A stretch of DNA of 40,443 bases from the NCBI GenBank assembly GCA_034408725.1, contig JAWXCN010000153.1, positions 1 to 40,443 of the forward strand, in the 5' to 3' direction. The notes below the pieces were generated by a model. It was not told the origin of the DNA, made no database searches, and saw nothing but the letters and a program-made list of their open reading frames with translations. This stretch comes from Candidatus Hydrogenedentota bacterium (GTDB taxonomy: Bacteria > Hydrogenedentota > Hydrogenedentia > Hydrogenedentales > SLHB01). This document shows, in pieces, positions 9,989 to 20,267 of this stretch (the stretch's first letter is position 1; every line of letters begins with the position of its first letter). A program made the translations under genes and the position numbers.

Positions 9989-11206
9989 ATGGACTTCTCA
10001 CTAGCTCTGGAAATGCAAGACTTTCTCGCCCAGGTGCGGGAGTTTGTCAACACCCAGATCATCCCGCTCGAAAAAACCGTCCATGAAAACGGTTTCCGCG
10101 CGTCTCTTCCCGCGCTGAACCGTGTTCGCGATGAAGTGCGCAAACGCGGATGGTGGACGCCACAGATGCACAAAGAGCATGGCGGGATGGGCCTCAGCCT
10201 CGTCCATCACGGACTTCTCAGCACCGAACTCGGCCGCTCACAGCTCGGCCACTACTGCTTCAACTGCCAGGCCCCTGATGCCGGCAACATGGAAATCCTC
10301 GCGCAGTTCGGCGCCGATGAACAGAAAAAAACTTTTCTCGCTCCCCTCATGCGCGGCGAAATCCGCTCGTGCTTCGCCATGACCGAACCGGAACACGCGG
10401 GCTCGAACCCCGTCTGGATGAGCACGCGCGCCGTCAAAGACGGCAATGATTACGTCATCAACGGCCACAAATGGTTTACCTCTTCGGCCGACGGCGCGGC
10501 CTTCACCATCGTCATGACCGTCACCGATCCCGATCAGCAACCGCACTTCCGCGCGAGCATGATCATGGTGCCGCTCGATAATCCCGGCTACACCCGCGTG
10601 CGCAATATCTCCGTCATGGGCGATGAAGGCGACGATTGGGCGAGCCACTCCGAAGTGCGCTTCACCAACTGTCGCGTGCCACAATCGAATCTGCTCGGTG
10701 CGGAAGGCATGGGATTCGCAATCGCTCAGGAACGCCTTGGCCCCGGCCGAATCCACCATTGCATGCGCTGGCTCGGCATCTGCGAGCGCAGTTTCGAGAT
10801 CATGTGTACCCACGCCGCCACCCGCGAAATCGCGCCGGGCACACCCCTCGGCACGCGGCAGATGGTGCAACAATGGATCGCCGAAAGCCGCGCCGAGATT
10901 GACGCGTCAAAATGGATGGTCCTGCACGCGGCATGGTGCATAGAAAAATTCGGACAAAAAGAAGCGCGCGACGAAATCTCGTGCATCAAATTCTTCGTCG
11001 CCGGCGTGCTCCAGCGCGTCGTAGACAGAGCAGTCCAAGCCCTCGGCGGCCTCGGCATCTCCGACGACACGCCCCTCTCGCACTATTACCGCCACGAACG
11101 CGCAGCCCGCGTCTACGACGGACCCGATGAAGTCCACAAGCAATCCGTTGCAAAACGCATCCTAAAACAATATGGCATGGCGTCGGGTATCGGGTCTCGG
11201 GTCTAG
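9989..11206 (+). CDS. Acyl-CoA dehydrogenase (ACAD10/11 / FadE2-like)
   Basis: NCQAPDAGNMEIL, FAMTEP, INGHKWFTS, RLGPGRIHHCMR and YDGPDEVH. Confidence 0.93.
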   Translation: MDFSLALEMQDFLAQVREFVNTQIIPLEKTVHENGFRASLPALNRVRDEVRKRGWWTPQMHKEHGGMGLSLVHHGLLSTELGRSQLGHYCFNCQAPDAGNMEILAQFGADEQKKTFLAPLMRGEIRSCFAMTEPEHAGSNPVWMSTRAVKDGNDYVINGHKWFTSSADGAAFTIVMTVTDPDQQPHFRASMIMVPLDNPGYTRVRNISVMGDEGDDWASHSEVRFTNCRVPQSNLLGAEGMGFAIAQERLGPGRIHHCMRWLGICERSFEIMCTHAATREIAPGTPLGTRQMVQQWIAESRAEIDASKWMVLHAAWCIEKFGQKEARDEISCIKFFVAGVLQRVVDRAVQALGGLGISDDTPLSHYYRHERAARVYDGPDEVHKQSVAKRILKQYGMASGIGSRV

Positions 11207-11294
11207 GGTTTCGGGGCTCGGGTTTTAAGTATCCATTTTGGGCATAGGGTATCAGCATCGAGAGTGCGTTCGAACAGCGCAGCCGCCACATGTT

Positions 11295-11605
11295 ACAGCC
11301 AGAACGTTGTCTGCGTTACCCGCTTCGCCACCGCAGTCCCAATAGTCCTCATTCCAAACACCAAGTTTTAGTAGGATGCCTATTGGGACTGCGGCGGCCC
11401 CCAAGGCGCCGCTTTGGCTGTTTATCACGGATGGTCAAACCCGCGCTGTGCGGAACCGAAGTCGTCGAATACGAACAGCCAAAGCGGTGTCTGCGCTGCC
11501 CGCTTCGCCACCGCAGTCCAAATGGTCTGTCTTCCAAAACGACTTTTCAACAAGAAGCCTATTTGGACTGCGGCGGCCCCAAAGGCGCCGCTTTGGCTGT
11601 TTATC
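11295..11605. repeat. BIME-like tandem duplication (period about 180 bp) of a palindromic REP pair
   Basis: Units 11295-11426 and 11475-11605, each containing CCGCAGTCC(C/A)AAT and its inverted partner ATT(G/T)GGACTGCGGCGG...GGCGCCGCTTTGGCTGTTTATC. Confidence 0.85.
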
Positions 11606-11725
11606 GCAGAGGGCCTACCCTTACTGTGCGTGCATGAGGTCTTCGCCCCCTGAATCAAACCCCCATACCCTTTAAACCCAATCCCACTCGATGCTACCCT
11701 CCACGCACGAGAGGGGGTGAATTCA

Positions 11726-12790
11726 ATGACCGCGCAGATCGACACTACCGCCGCCATTCGCACGGGTGAAGAACTCGACATCCCTGCACTCGAACGCTAC
11801 CTGAAAGAAAACATCGAAGGCGCGTCCGGCCCGCTCTCCATCGAACAATTTCCCAGTGGCCATTCAAACCTCACATATTTATTGCGACTCGGTGATCGCG
11901 AACTCGTCCTACGGCGCCCGCCGTTCGGCAGCAAAGTTAAATCCGCGCACGACATGGGCCGCGAGTACACTGTATTGTCCCGGTTGAACCCCGTTTATCC
12001 ACCCGCGCCGCGCCCACTCGCATACTGCGAAGATGATTCGATCATCGGCGCGAAGTTTTACGTCATGGAACGGATCAAAGGCGTCATCCTCCGGCAAAAA
12101 AAGCCGAAGGACCTCGTTACTTCTCCAGAAATCGTCGCTGGATGCTGCACGTCTCTAATCAAAAATCTTGCCGCGCTACATGCCATCGACTATAAATCCA
12201 TCGGCCTTGATCACCTTTACAAGGGTCCGAACTACGTCGAGCGCCAGGTCAACGGTTGGGCCGACCGCTACACCGGATCCAAGACCGATGACATCCCCGA
12301 AATTGATCAGGTTATCTCGTGGCTCAGGCAACGCATTCCCGCCGATACCGGCGCCGCACTCGTACACAACGATTGCAAGTTCGACAACATCGTGCTCGAT
12401 CCAAACGATCTCACGCGCATCATTGGCGTACTCGATTGGGAAATGGCCACCATCGGCGATCCCCTCGCGGATTTAGGCACTTCCCTCGGCTACTGGATCG
12501 AACCCACCGACGACGCCGTGAACGTCGTCCAATGTTTTATGACGACCGAACCCGGCGCTCTTACGCGAATGCAACTCGCCGAAATCTACGCCGCACGCAC
12601 GGGCCGCGATATTTCCAACATTCTCTACTACTACGTGCTCGCGCTCATGAAGCTCGCCGTAATCGTCCAACAAATCTACTACCGCTACAAGCAGGGCCTC
12701 ACGAAGGACGAGCGCTTCGCCCCCCTCATCTACATGGTCGCAATCCTCAGCCGCAAAGCTATTGGAAGCATCGAATCAGAAAAACTCTGA
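11726..12790 (+). CDS. Aminoglycoside-phosphotransferase-family kinase (ACAD10/11 N-terminal-like)
   Basis: QFPSGHSNLTY, VLRRPP, AHDMGRE, LVHNDCKFDN and VLDWEMATIGDPLADLG; start at 11717 (GTG) or 11726 (ATG). Confidence 0.9.
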   Translation: MTAQIDTTAAIRTGEELDIPALERYLKENIEGASGPLSIEQFPSGHSNLTYLLRLGDRELVLRRPPFGSKVKSAHDMGREYTVLSRLNPVYPPAPRPLAYCEDDSIIGAKFYVMERIKGVILRQKKPKDLVTSPEIVAGCCTSLIKNLAALHAIDYKSIGLDHLYKGPNYVERQVNGWADRYTGSKTDDIPEIDQVISWLRQRIPADTGAALVHNDCKFDNIVLDPNDLTRIIGVLDWEMATIGDPLADLGTSLGYWIEPTDDAVNVVQCFMTTEPGALTRMQLAEIYAARTGRDISNILYYYVLALMKLAVIVQQIYYRYKQGLTKDERFAPLIYMVAILSRKAIGSIESEKL

Positions 12791-12948
12791 CGCGCGTCCG
12801 GTTCCGCGGATTCCGTAGCGCCGAGTTCCGATTCGGCGTTCGGGTAATGCGAAAACAACTGACAAAAAGGTGTTCCCAATATTCCCGCCAAGTATCGGAA
12901 TGCACCCTCCCTTTGTTTTTGCACGACGGCACGCGTTGAACTTTCATA

Positions 12949-13076
12949 GCCTTGGAGTGCGGTAGCGGGGAGCTACCGCTTTCTATTCGGAGACTTTCAG
13001 CGCTTCGTACCGCGTGGACAGGGCAAGGATCGCTGCTTTCCCAAAGCGGTAGCTCCCCGCTACCGCACTCCAAGGC
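12949..13076. repeat. Perfect 34-bp inverted repeat (REP doublet) with a 60-bp spacer
   Basis: GCCTTGGAGTGCGGTAGCGGGGAGCTACCGCTTT (12949-12982) and its exact reverse complement at 13043-13076. Confidence 0.9.
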
Positions 13077-13500
13077 GTCGCTTTGGCTATTGGTGTACCC
13101 TTGCTTCTAGCGGCCAAGCAACAGCCTGCTTTTGTTCCGGAACGAGATCATCGAACAACGCCGCGATCACGAACCCCACCACCCCGAACTAAATTAATCC
13201 ACCGTGCCGTTCTTGACTAACCTTTTCTAATCAAGTATTGTAAAAAGGTTTAGAACTTTCGAGTATTTGTCGGAAGATCGCCCGGTTTTGTATGGCCGGG
13301 GCGGCGGCTGTTGGCACGATTGGTGAATCGTCGGCGGCGCCCAGGACCAGGCCACGGAATATTTTTCTAAGTGGTTCGTCGAACGGCGCTTGCGTGGGAA
13401 CTATCCTTCGACGTGATAGCCGCTGTCGCGCTACTCCGCGCACGCGCTACTCGAAGCAAACACGCCCCGCGCGTGATTAGAGTCCGGAGTCAAAGTTCGC

Positions 13501-15348
13501 ATGAGCCAAGCAGTCGCCGGCGCGGCGCCGGGTAGCGCCTCGCCGGAGCAAGCGCAACAAGTCAACGATATTGTTATCCGGATTGCCACCCCGAACGGAT
13601 CGGGAAGCCAGTCGGCCAACAATATTTTGATGCGCTCCATCTTCACGATGGGTATCCCCGTAAACAGCAAAAACCTGTTCCCCTCGAACATTCAGGGATT
13701 GCCCACCTGGTTCACCATCCGGGCCAATGAAAACGGCTGGCAGAGCGCGCGCAACCGCACCGATCTCTGCATCGCCATGAACCCGCAGACAGCCGCGGAA
13801 GACATTGCCGAGCTGCATCCCGGCGCGATGCTCATCGTGCGCGAAGCGTTGAAGCACCTCGTCACGCGTGATGACCTCACTGTATTCATTGTGCCGTTTA
13901 ACAAAATTGTAAACACCGTCTGCGAAGAAACACGCCTGCGTAAGATGGTGATCAATATGATCTACGTCGGCGTTGTCGCCTACCTCCTTGGCATCGAAAT
14001 GGAGGAAGTGGACCGCGCCGTCGCGTGGCAGTTCTCCAAAAAGGCCAAGGCCGCCGAACTCAACACGCGCGCCGCGCTCGCGGGTTACGAATACGCCATC
14101 GAAAACCTGCCGCGCCAAAACGCTTTCGCGTTGAAACGCAGCGACCGCGCCAACGGTAAAATTCTCATTGAAGGCAACCAGGCTGCCGCGCTCGGCATGG
14201 TCTTCGGCGGTATCACCGTCGCCGCGTGGTACCCCATCACGCCGAGCAGCAGCGTCTGTGAATACCTCACCGGCTTTCTCGACAAATACCGCCGCGACGA
14301 AAATGGCAAGAACACGTTCGCAGTCGTGCAGGCGGAAGACGAACTCGCCGCGCTGGGCATGGTCCTCGGCGCGGGCTGGGCTGGCGCGCGCGCATTTACA
14401 GCAACTTCTGGCCCCGGCCTTTCGCTCATGGCGGAGATGGCCGGCCTTTCCTATTTCGCCGAAATTCCCGCGGTTGTCGTGGACGTGCAGCGCATGGGGC
14501 CCAGTACCGGCTTGCCCACGCGCACCTGCCAGGGCGATGTCGCAAAGGCCTACGCGCTTTCCCACGGCGACTGCAAACACATCCTCCTGATTCCCGGCAG
14601 CGTCCGCGAATGCTACGAATTCGCAATCGCCGCGCTCGACCTCGCGGAAAAATTTCAGACCATGGTCTTCCTTATGTCAGACCTCGATCTCGGCATGAAC
14701 AAATGGATGTCCGATGCCTTTGATCCTCCCTCCACACCGATGGACCGCGGCAAGGTGTTGAACGCAGAAGCCCTCTCGCGGAACGGCGCCTTCGCGCGTT
14801 ACCGCGACGTCGATGGCGATGGCATCCCGTACCGGACCGTTCCCGGAACGGACCACCCGAACGCAGGCTTTTTTACGCGGGGCACTGGGCATACCGAAAC
14901 CGCCGGCTATTCGGAAAAAGCCGACGTCTGGCAGCGCAACATTGATCGGCTCACGCGAAAGTTTGATACCGCGCGCGACGCTGTGCCCGCGCCAGCCGTT
15001 CAACACGTTGACGGCGCAAAATTCGCATTCATCGCCTACGGTTCGAGTGATGCCGCCGTCGAAGAGGCCCGTCATCTGCTGGAACACGAGCATGGTGTTA
15101 CAACCGCCTACCTTCGTATCCGCGCGCTTCCCGCTTCCAACGCGGTGAAGGCGTTTTGCGAAACCTATCCAACAGTCTTGGTCGTCGAACAAAACCGCGA
15201 CGCGCAAGTCGCTGGAATTCTTCGCGCCGAGTTCCCGGACGTCGCGCCCAAGTTCAAAAGCATCCTGCATTACAATGGTTTGCCGATTGACGCCGATTCC
15301 GTCGTGCAGCAAACGCTGTCGCACGCCGCAATCAAGGAGACAAGGTAA
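13501..15348 (+). CDS. 2-oxoacid:ferredoxin oxidoreductase alpha subunit (gamma-alpha fusion)
   Basis: NGSGSQSAN, WYPITPSS, QAEDELAA, TATSGPGLSLM and QRMGPSTGLPT. Confidence 0.95.
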   Translation: MSQAVAGAAPGSASPEQAQQVNDIVIRIATPNGSGSQSANNILMRSIFTMGIPVNSKNLFPSNIQGLPTWFTIRANENGWQSARNRTDLCIAMNPQTAAEDIAELHPGAMLIVREALKHLVTRDDLTVFIVPFNKIVNTVCEETRLRKMVINMIYVGVVAYLLGIEMEEVDRAVAWQFSKKAKAAELNTRAALAGYEYAIENLPRQNAFALKRSDRANGKILIEGNQAAALGMVFGGITVAAWYPITPSSSVCEYLTGFLDKYRRDENGKNTFAVVQAEDELAALGMVLGAGWAGARAFTATSGPGLSLMAEMAGLSYFAEIPAVVVDVQRMGPSTGLPTRTCQGDVAKAYALSHGDCKHILLIPGSVRECYEFAIAALDLAEKFQTMVFLMSDLDLGMNKWMSDAFDPPSTPMDRGKVLNAEALSRNGAFARYRDVDGDGIPYRTVPGTDHPNAGFFTRGTGHTETAGYSEKADVWQRNIDRLTRKFDTARDAVPAPAVQHVDGAKFAFIAYGSSDAAVEEARHLLEHEHGVTTAYLRIRALPASNAVKAFCETYPTVLVVEQNRDAQVAGILRAEFPDVAPKFKSILHYNGLPIDADSVVQQTLSHAAIKETR

Positions 15349-16400
15349 TGAGCAGCCCCGTCGCAAGCCCCGCGGCCAAGGCCCCGAAAACCAATCGCAT
15401 CGGCCTAGTCCAAAAGGATTACCAGGGCGCGGAATCTACATTGTGCGCGGGTTGCGGCCACGACGCCATCACCAGCTCGATCATCAAGGCTTTCTACGAA
15501 CTGGGCATCCAACCGCACATGGTCGCGAAACTCAGTGGCATCGGTTGCTCGAGCAAAACCACCAACTACTTCCTGAACCAGTCGCACGGGTTTAACTCGG
15601 TGCATGGGCGCATGGCCACCATCGCAACCGGCGCGAGCATTGCCAACCGCCAGCTCGTCAACATCGGCATTTCCGGTGACGGTGATACTGCGTCAATTGG
15701 TCTCGGCCACTTCTGTCACATGGTCCGCCGCAACATAAAACTGGTCTACGTCATCGAAAACAATGGTTGCTACGGCCTCACCAAAGGCCAGGCATCCGCC
15801 ACCGCAGACCAGGGAACGGTCATGAAGAGCGGCATCACCATCCAGAGCCAACCCGTCGATCTTTGCGCGCTCGCCGTTGAAATGGGTTGTGGGTTTGTCG
15901 CCCGTTCATTTTCCGGCGACACCCAGCAGGTCCGCACGCTCATAAAGGCCGCATTCGCGCACAACGGAACCGCCGTGCTCGATATCGTCTCCCCCTGCGT
16001 GACTTTCAACAACCACGAAGGCTCCACCAAAAGCCAGACTTACGCCCGCGACCACGAAGAACCTTTGCACGAAATGGATTTCATCCCCCACTACGAAAAC
16101 ATCGCAGTTGAATACGAACCTGGCACGACCAAAGTCGTCACCATGCACGATGGTTCCCGTGTGACACTCAAAAAACTCGCGATCGACTACGGCGCAAACG
16201 ACCGCACAAAAGCCATCGAACTACTCGGCCACGCCCGCGAACACCACACGTTCTACACTGGCCTCATTTATCACAACCCGAATATCGTTCCATTCAACGA
16301 TCACATCAACATCGTCGAGCAACCCCTCGCCCAACTTCCCGATTCCCGCACCCGCCCATCGAACGAAATCTTTGCAAAAATTATGCAGAGTTTCGCATAA
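15348..16400 (+). CDS. 2-oxoacid:ferredoxin oxidoreductase beta subunit
   Basis: LCAGCGHD, SGIGCSSK, TPP-binding GDGD...ENNGCYGLTKGQ and SPCVTFN; TAATG overlap with the alpha subunit gene. Confidence 0.95.
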   Translation: MSSPVASPAAKAPKTNRIGLVQKDYQGAESTLCAGCGHDAITSSIIKAFYELGIQPHMVAKLSGIGCSSKTTNYFLNQSHGFNSVHGRMATIATGASIANRQLVNIGISGDGDTASIGLGHFCHMVRRNIKLVYVIENNGCYGLTKGQASATADQGTVMKSGITIQSQPVDLCALAVEMGCGFVARSFSGDTQQVRTLIKAAFAHNGTAVLDIVSPCVTFNNHEGSTKSQTYARDHEEPLHEMDFIPHYENIAVEYEPGTTKVVTMHDGSRVTLKKLAIDYGANDRTKAIELLGHAREHHTFYTGLIYHNPNIVPFNDHINIVEQPLAQLPDSRTRPSNEIFAKIMQSFA

Positions 16401-16476
16401 CCAAAAACTTACCAATTCAAGTGTCAGCAATTGCGGAACGGAATCGAGAAGCTTAAAACGAAGGGGAGCGGTAACG

Positions 16477-18054
16477 TTAGCCCACGGAGCTAACGATTAG
16501 TTGCAGGTCAGAGACTTCGACTCTACCGTTTCCATCGACATCGCAGGTGGCATCGTTGAGATTCGTTAACAGTGCCGACACCGCTCGCTGAATATCCACG
16601 GAATTGGTTTTGCCATCGCCGTTGACGTCGGTTTTAAGTGGGAGTGGTCTTAATTTTGCGTTGATGGTCACGGCGCTGCCCGCGCTTACCACCACATCCT
16701 TGATTCTTTTTTGTTTATAGCCCGGGGCAGAAATTTTTATCGTGTAGGTTCCGGGCAGGAGCAGGCGGTGATAATCACCCTTGTCGGGGTCGGTGAACAC
16801 GGGCTGGGGATTGTCTTTCACGAGAATCTGGGCATACAGCGGTCCATTTGTATTGCGGTCCTTCACGATGCCTTTGATGCCGATGTGAACCGCTTCGGCA
16901 TAGGCGAGCATAGATTCTTCGTTGTCCAGCCATAGATCGTCGAGCTGGTTTTCATTTGGAATTTTGTTCGGCGACAACTCGATGGTGAGATCGTTGCAGC
17001 CGAGAAAGCGGTAGTTCCAGTCCTGCATGCCGCCGGTGATTTCGTACCAAAACGAGCCGTTGATAATGCCGCCGGGTGACGGCGGCAACGAGTCCGTGAA
17101 CATCGGTGTATTCGATGCTGAGTAGCGCAACGCCAAATCGCGGAATAGCGTGTCGTCCGGTGCGGGTGCTTCGACGCCAGAGCCTTTGCCGTCGTCGTCG
17201 TAGGGATAGTTGACGATGAGCGCGCCGGCGTGGAAGTTTGCGGACAGGACAAAGCTATTGTCCGCGCTCCATTCCATGACGCGTTGGGTTTCCGGCGCGC
17301 GGCCCTCGGTGTCGAGGGTACCGCCGTCGAAAATAGTGCCGTCGAATCCGGCGGGCCACGCGGGAAAATTCCGGTTCAAGTCGAGTCCCTCGTCATTGAA
17401 TCGCGAGTTGGCTTCCAGTCCATCCGGGTTCATGAGCGGGACTATCCATATTTCGGTTTTGTTCACAAGACTGGTGATGCGCGAGTCGGCGCCATAGTCA
17501 TTCAACAGCCGGTCGATAAAGTACAGACACATCTCGGTGCCGACTGGTTCGTCACCGTGCATGGTCGAAACGTATTTGAATTCCGGCTCGAATTCTTCCT
17601 TGTTCGGCTTGTCGGTGATTTTCATGGCCCATATCTCGCGACCCAGCACGGACTGGCCGATGCTTTCGAGCGTACAGATGGAGGGGTGTGCGAGCGCGTA
17701 TTCCTGGAGATCGGAGGTCAGGGTCGCGTATGAATGATAGACGCCGAGTCCTTTTCCGCCGCGTTTTGCCGCTGGCGCGGGTACGGGATCGGCGTGGGTG
17801 ATGTCATAGCCGTCGGCGCCGAGCCATAAGAGTTCTTCGGCGGTGGCCATGAGGGTGGCGACGTTGCCGTCCACCGAGGTGATGTTATAACCGCTGGCGG
17901 TCAGGCTATCGAGGTCGGCGCGCGGGTCTTCGAGGACAATCGAAAGATTGTAGAGCGGGCCAGAGCGCGGGCCTGCGGCGTCGCGTTTCGCGGTGGGTTG
18001 GGCCAGCGTGTTGGTCGTGAAAATTATGATGAGCAAACCGAGCCGGGTATACAT
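16477..18054 (-). CDS. Secreted M14 zinc carboxypeptidase (N/E-like) with a regulatory beta-domain and a C-terminal dockerin-like domain
   Basis: Signal peptide; MHGDE, DLNRNFP, ANFHAG and GGMQDWNY; duplicated DVNGDG/DVDGNG Ca-binding repeats. Confidence 0.9.
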   Translation of the reverse strand: MYTRLGLLIIIFTTNTLAQPTAKRDAAGPRSGPLYNLSIVLEDPRADLDSLTASGYNITSVDGNVATLMATAEELLWLGADGYDITHADPVPAPAAKRGGKGLGVYHSYATLTSDLQEYALAHPSICTLESIGQSVLGREIWAMKITDKPNKEEFEPEFKYVSTMHGDEPVGTEMCLYFIDRLLNDYGADSRITSLVNKTEIWIVPLMNPDGLEANSRFNDEGLDLNRNFPAWPAGFDGTIFDGGTLDTEGRAPETQRVMEWSADNSFVLSANFHAGALIVNYPYDDDGKGSGVEAPAPDDTLFRDLALRYSASNTPMFTDSLPPSPGGIINGSFWYEITGGMQDWNYRFLGCNDLTIELSPNKIPNENQLDDLWLDNEESMLAYAEAVHIGIKGIVKDRNTNGPLYAQILVKDNPQPVFTDPDKGDYHRLLLPGTYTIKISAPGYKQKRIKDVVVSAGSAVTINAKLRPLPLKTDVNGDGKTNSVDIQRAVSALLTNLNDATCDVDGNGRVEVSDLQLIVSSVG

Positions 18055-18167
18055 GGGCTAATTGTACCGCAAGATGGGGAATGGGACCTATGGGACGGGT
18101 GGGAGGTTATGGGAAAAACGCTATAAGTGCTTGGTACACAATAGAGAAGCGGCTGGTGGACAGCGTC

Positions 18168-18638
18168 TTAGCGGTTTGCGCACCAGGTGAAGAGGGCTTG
18201 CCATTCCCGGCGCTGCAGGTCAACTAACGGCTGGGGCGATGCCCCGTTCGCGGCTTCGACTTCGTCAATAAAACTGTGGGGTTCGTAGCCGGGCACGGTG
18301 ATCATCGCGGGGTGTTTTCCGACGCGGGTCATCCAGTAATGGCTGTTGCCGAAGTCGCCTTCGCGGCGGTGCATGATGCCGTGCCAGAAGGAGCCTGTTG
18401 CGCCGTTGATTGATTGGCTGATTTCGTGGCTGAGATCGAGTTCGTCGACGTATAGCCAAAGCGCGGCGGACAGCGCCGGGCGAGTGGCGATATTTGGGGA
18501 TTCGACAATTTCCTTTACCAGCGCGCAATGGGCGGGGTCTGTGCGGTGTTTTACGACAAGCTGCGCCATCGCGGTATCCAGCGGGAGCGCGTCCAGCAGT
18601 GGCTGGACGCGCTCCGCGATGTTTTCAGGAAGCTTCAC
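18168..18638 (-). CDS. Conserved hypothetical protein
   Basis: Protein-like motif LWLYVDELDLSHEISQ...SFWHGIMHRREGDFGNSHYW; GTG start at 18638 just downstream of the pqaA-like stop. Confidence 0.75.
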   Translation of the reverse strand: MKLPENIAERVQPLLDALPLDTAMAQLVVKHRTDPAHCALVKEIVESPNIATRPALSAALWLYVDELDLSHEISQSINGATGSFWHGIMHRREGDFGNSHYWMTRVGKHPAMITVPGYEPHSFIDEVEAANGASPQPLVDLQRREWQALFTWCANR

Positions 18639-18648
18639 GCCGTACGGC

Positions 18649-20133
18649 CTAGTTGGAGGCCTGCTTCGATCTGATGTAGCCCTTTGGCGGATTCGCGGGC
18701 GACGTGTACGTGAACGGATAAACATCGGGGATTACGCGCACGGGGGTAGTAAATTTGAACGGGGCCGAGGTGGTCGAGGGGAACGTCAATTCGACCATAA
18801 AGGCGGTGTAGCCCTTTTCCGGTTCTGGAACGCTGCCGGTGTAGACGTTTTTACTGTTCACCTCGAGATCGGTGCTGGTCCAGTTTTTACCGAAGGTCTC
18901 GACGCGGAAGTCGCGGGCGCCGGGATTGGTTGCCTGCCACAATTTTACGCTCGAAGGCGTAACGTCGCAGGTGACCCTGATGTCGCCGTTTCGCTTCATT
19001 TTCCACGAATACTGCGGCCGCGGTGATTTGGTCAAAAGCGAATTATAGAACGCCATCATGGATGGCTGCGCGTCCGAATCGCGGAGCGAATGGTCCGTGT
19101 TCGGGACATAGCGCAGATACTTTTCGCCGGGCAGTTGATCGAAATAAAACTGCGACGAATCGGGAATGAAGAACTGATCACCGCACGCGTTAACGATGTA
19201 CTTGGGCATTGTATAGCGGTCGCGGTAGCTGAAGGGTTCTTCGATACGCAACAACGCTTTATATTCGGGTGTGTCGTTCCACTCCATGATGTTTTCCGCC
19301 TGGTAGTCGCCGACGGCGGGGGCCCAGAACCCGTAGACCTGCCAGTGATGGTGGAACGACGGGACGACGTTGAGCAGGTCTATGACGAAGGGTGTGATCG
19401 CGACGACCCGCTTGTCTACGGCGGCGGTAGTCCAGGTGGTCCAGCCGCGTTTCGAGCCGCCAGCGACCATGAAAGTGTCCACTTTAGTATTCCCGCCTTC
19501 GGGGGACGCGCAGACTGCGGTGATGGTGTCCATCGCGCGGACTGCGCCTTTGGTCATGGGGAGTCGTAGCGGCCATTTCTCTTCGCCGGTCCGCATAAAC
19601 TTGTCCCAGGTATACGCGATGATCTCGTCTTCACTGCGTTTGTTGCCGGGGTCATCGGTGAAGATAAGAGGTTGATTCGGGATGTTGCGCAGTTCGGTGC
19701 AGACGGATTGCGTGGCAACGGCGATGGCCGCCATGCCGCGGTTTACGTTATCGGGCGCGGGGTTGTCGTTGCTGCCGCCGCCGACGTAGAGCAGGCCGGT
19801 GGAATGCTTCACCGTATCGGGTTTGACGATGGTGAGGTAATGTTTCCAGATGGGTTTGTCGACTTCTTTTTCAGTGAGGTATTGCTGGGACGTCATTTCG
19901 ACGATGTAGCCGGTGTAGCCTTCGCCCTTGACCGTGTTCACGATGGAATAACTGTAATTGGAATCCGGCGCGGCGACGTAGTTGTCGAGCGCAGTTTTTT
20001 CGCCGAGGGGCACGCGGGGCGGTTTGTACCCTGCGAGACCGGCGGGTTGCGTGGTCGCGCAGCCGGAAATCATTGCAATCGCGGCCAGAAGGGCCAGGGA
20101 GGCGTAACACCGCCGTAACGTCGAAATCGTCAT
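18649..20133 (-). CDS. PqaA-family (PhoPQ-activated pathogenicity-related) alpha/beta-hydrolase lipoprotein
   Basis: Lipobox ISGC; GGSKRGWTTW, IPNQPL, EDEIIAYTW and DQFFIPDS; AAGGAG RBS before ATG 20133. Confidence 0.88.
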   Translation of the reverse strand: MTISTLRRCYASLALLAAIAMISGCATTQPAGLAGYKPPRVPLGEKTALDNYVAAPDSNYSYSIVNTVKGEGYTGYIVEMTSQQYLTEKEVDKPIWKHYLTIVKPDTVKHSTGLLYVGGGSNDNPAPDNVNRGMAAIAVATQSVCTELRNIPNQPLIFTDDPGNKRSEDEIIAYTWDKFMRTGEEKWPLRLPMTKGAVRAMDTITAVCASPEGGNTKVDTFMVAGGSKRGWTTWTTAAVDKRVVAITPFVIDLLNVVPSFHHHWQVYGFWAPAVGDYQAENIMEWNDTPEYKALLRIEEPFSYRDRYTMPKYIVNACGDQFFIPDSSQFYFDQLPGEKYLRYVPNTDHSLRDSDAQPSMMAFYNSLLTKSPRPQYSWKMKRNGDIRVTCDVTPSSVKLWQATNPGARDFRVETFGKNWTSTDLEVNSKNVYTGSVPEPEKGYTAFMVELTFPSTTSAPFKFTTPVRVIPDVYPFTYTSPANPPKGYIRSKQASN

Positions 20134-20267
20134 TGAACGTGCTCCTTCGCGTTGTGTGTGCCCGTGAGAGAACAACACCGTGGCACGTTATGGCCCGCTT
20201 TTTCAAGCATTTTGCTTGATATTATAATGGTGGACGCGCCGAAAAACGCTCATGCGAGGAGACGCCG

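Noticed and set aside
11290-11781. Several short ORFs in the region between the dehydrogenase and kinase genes
   Set aside because: They are translations of the duplicated REP unit (internally repeated peptides), not credible genes.
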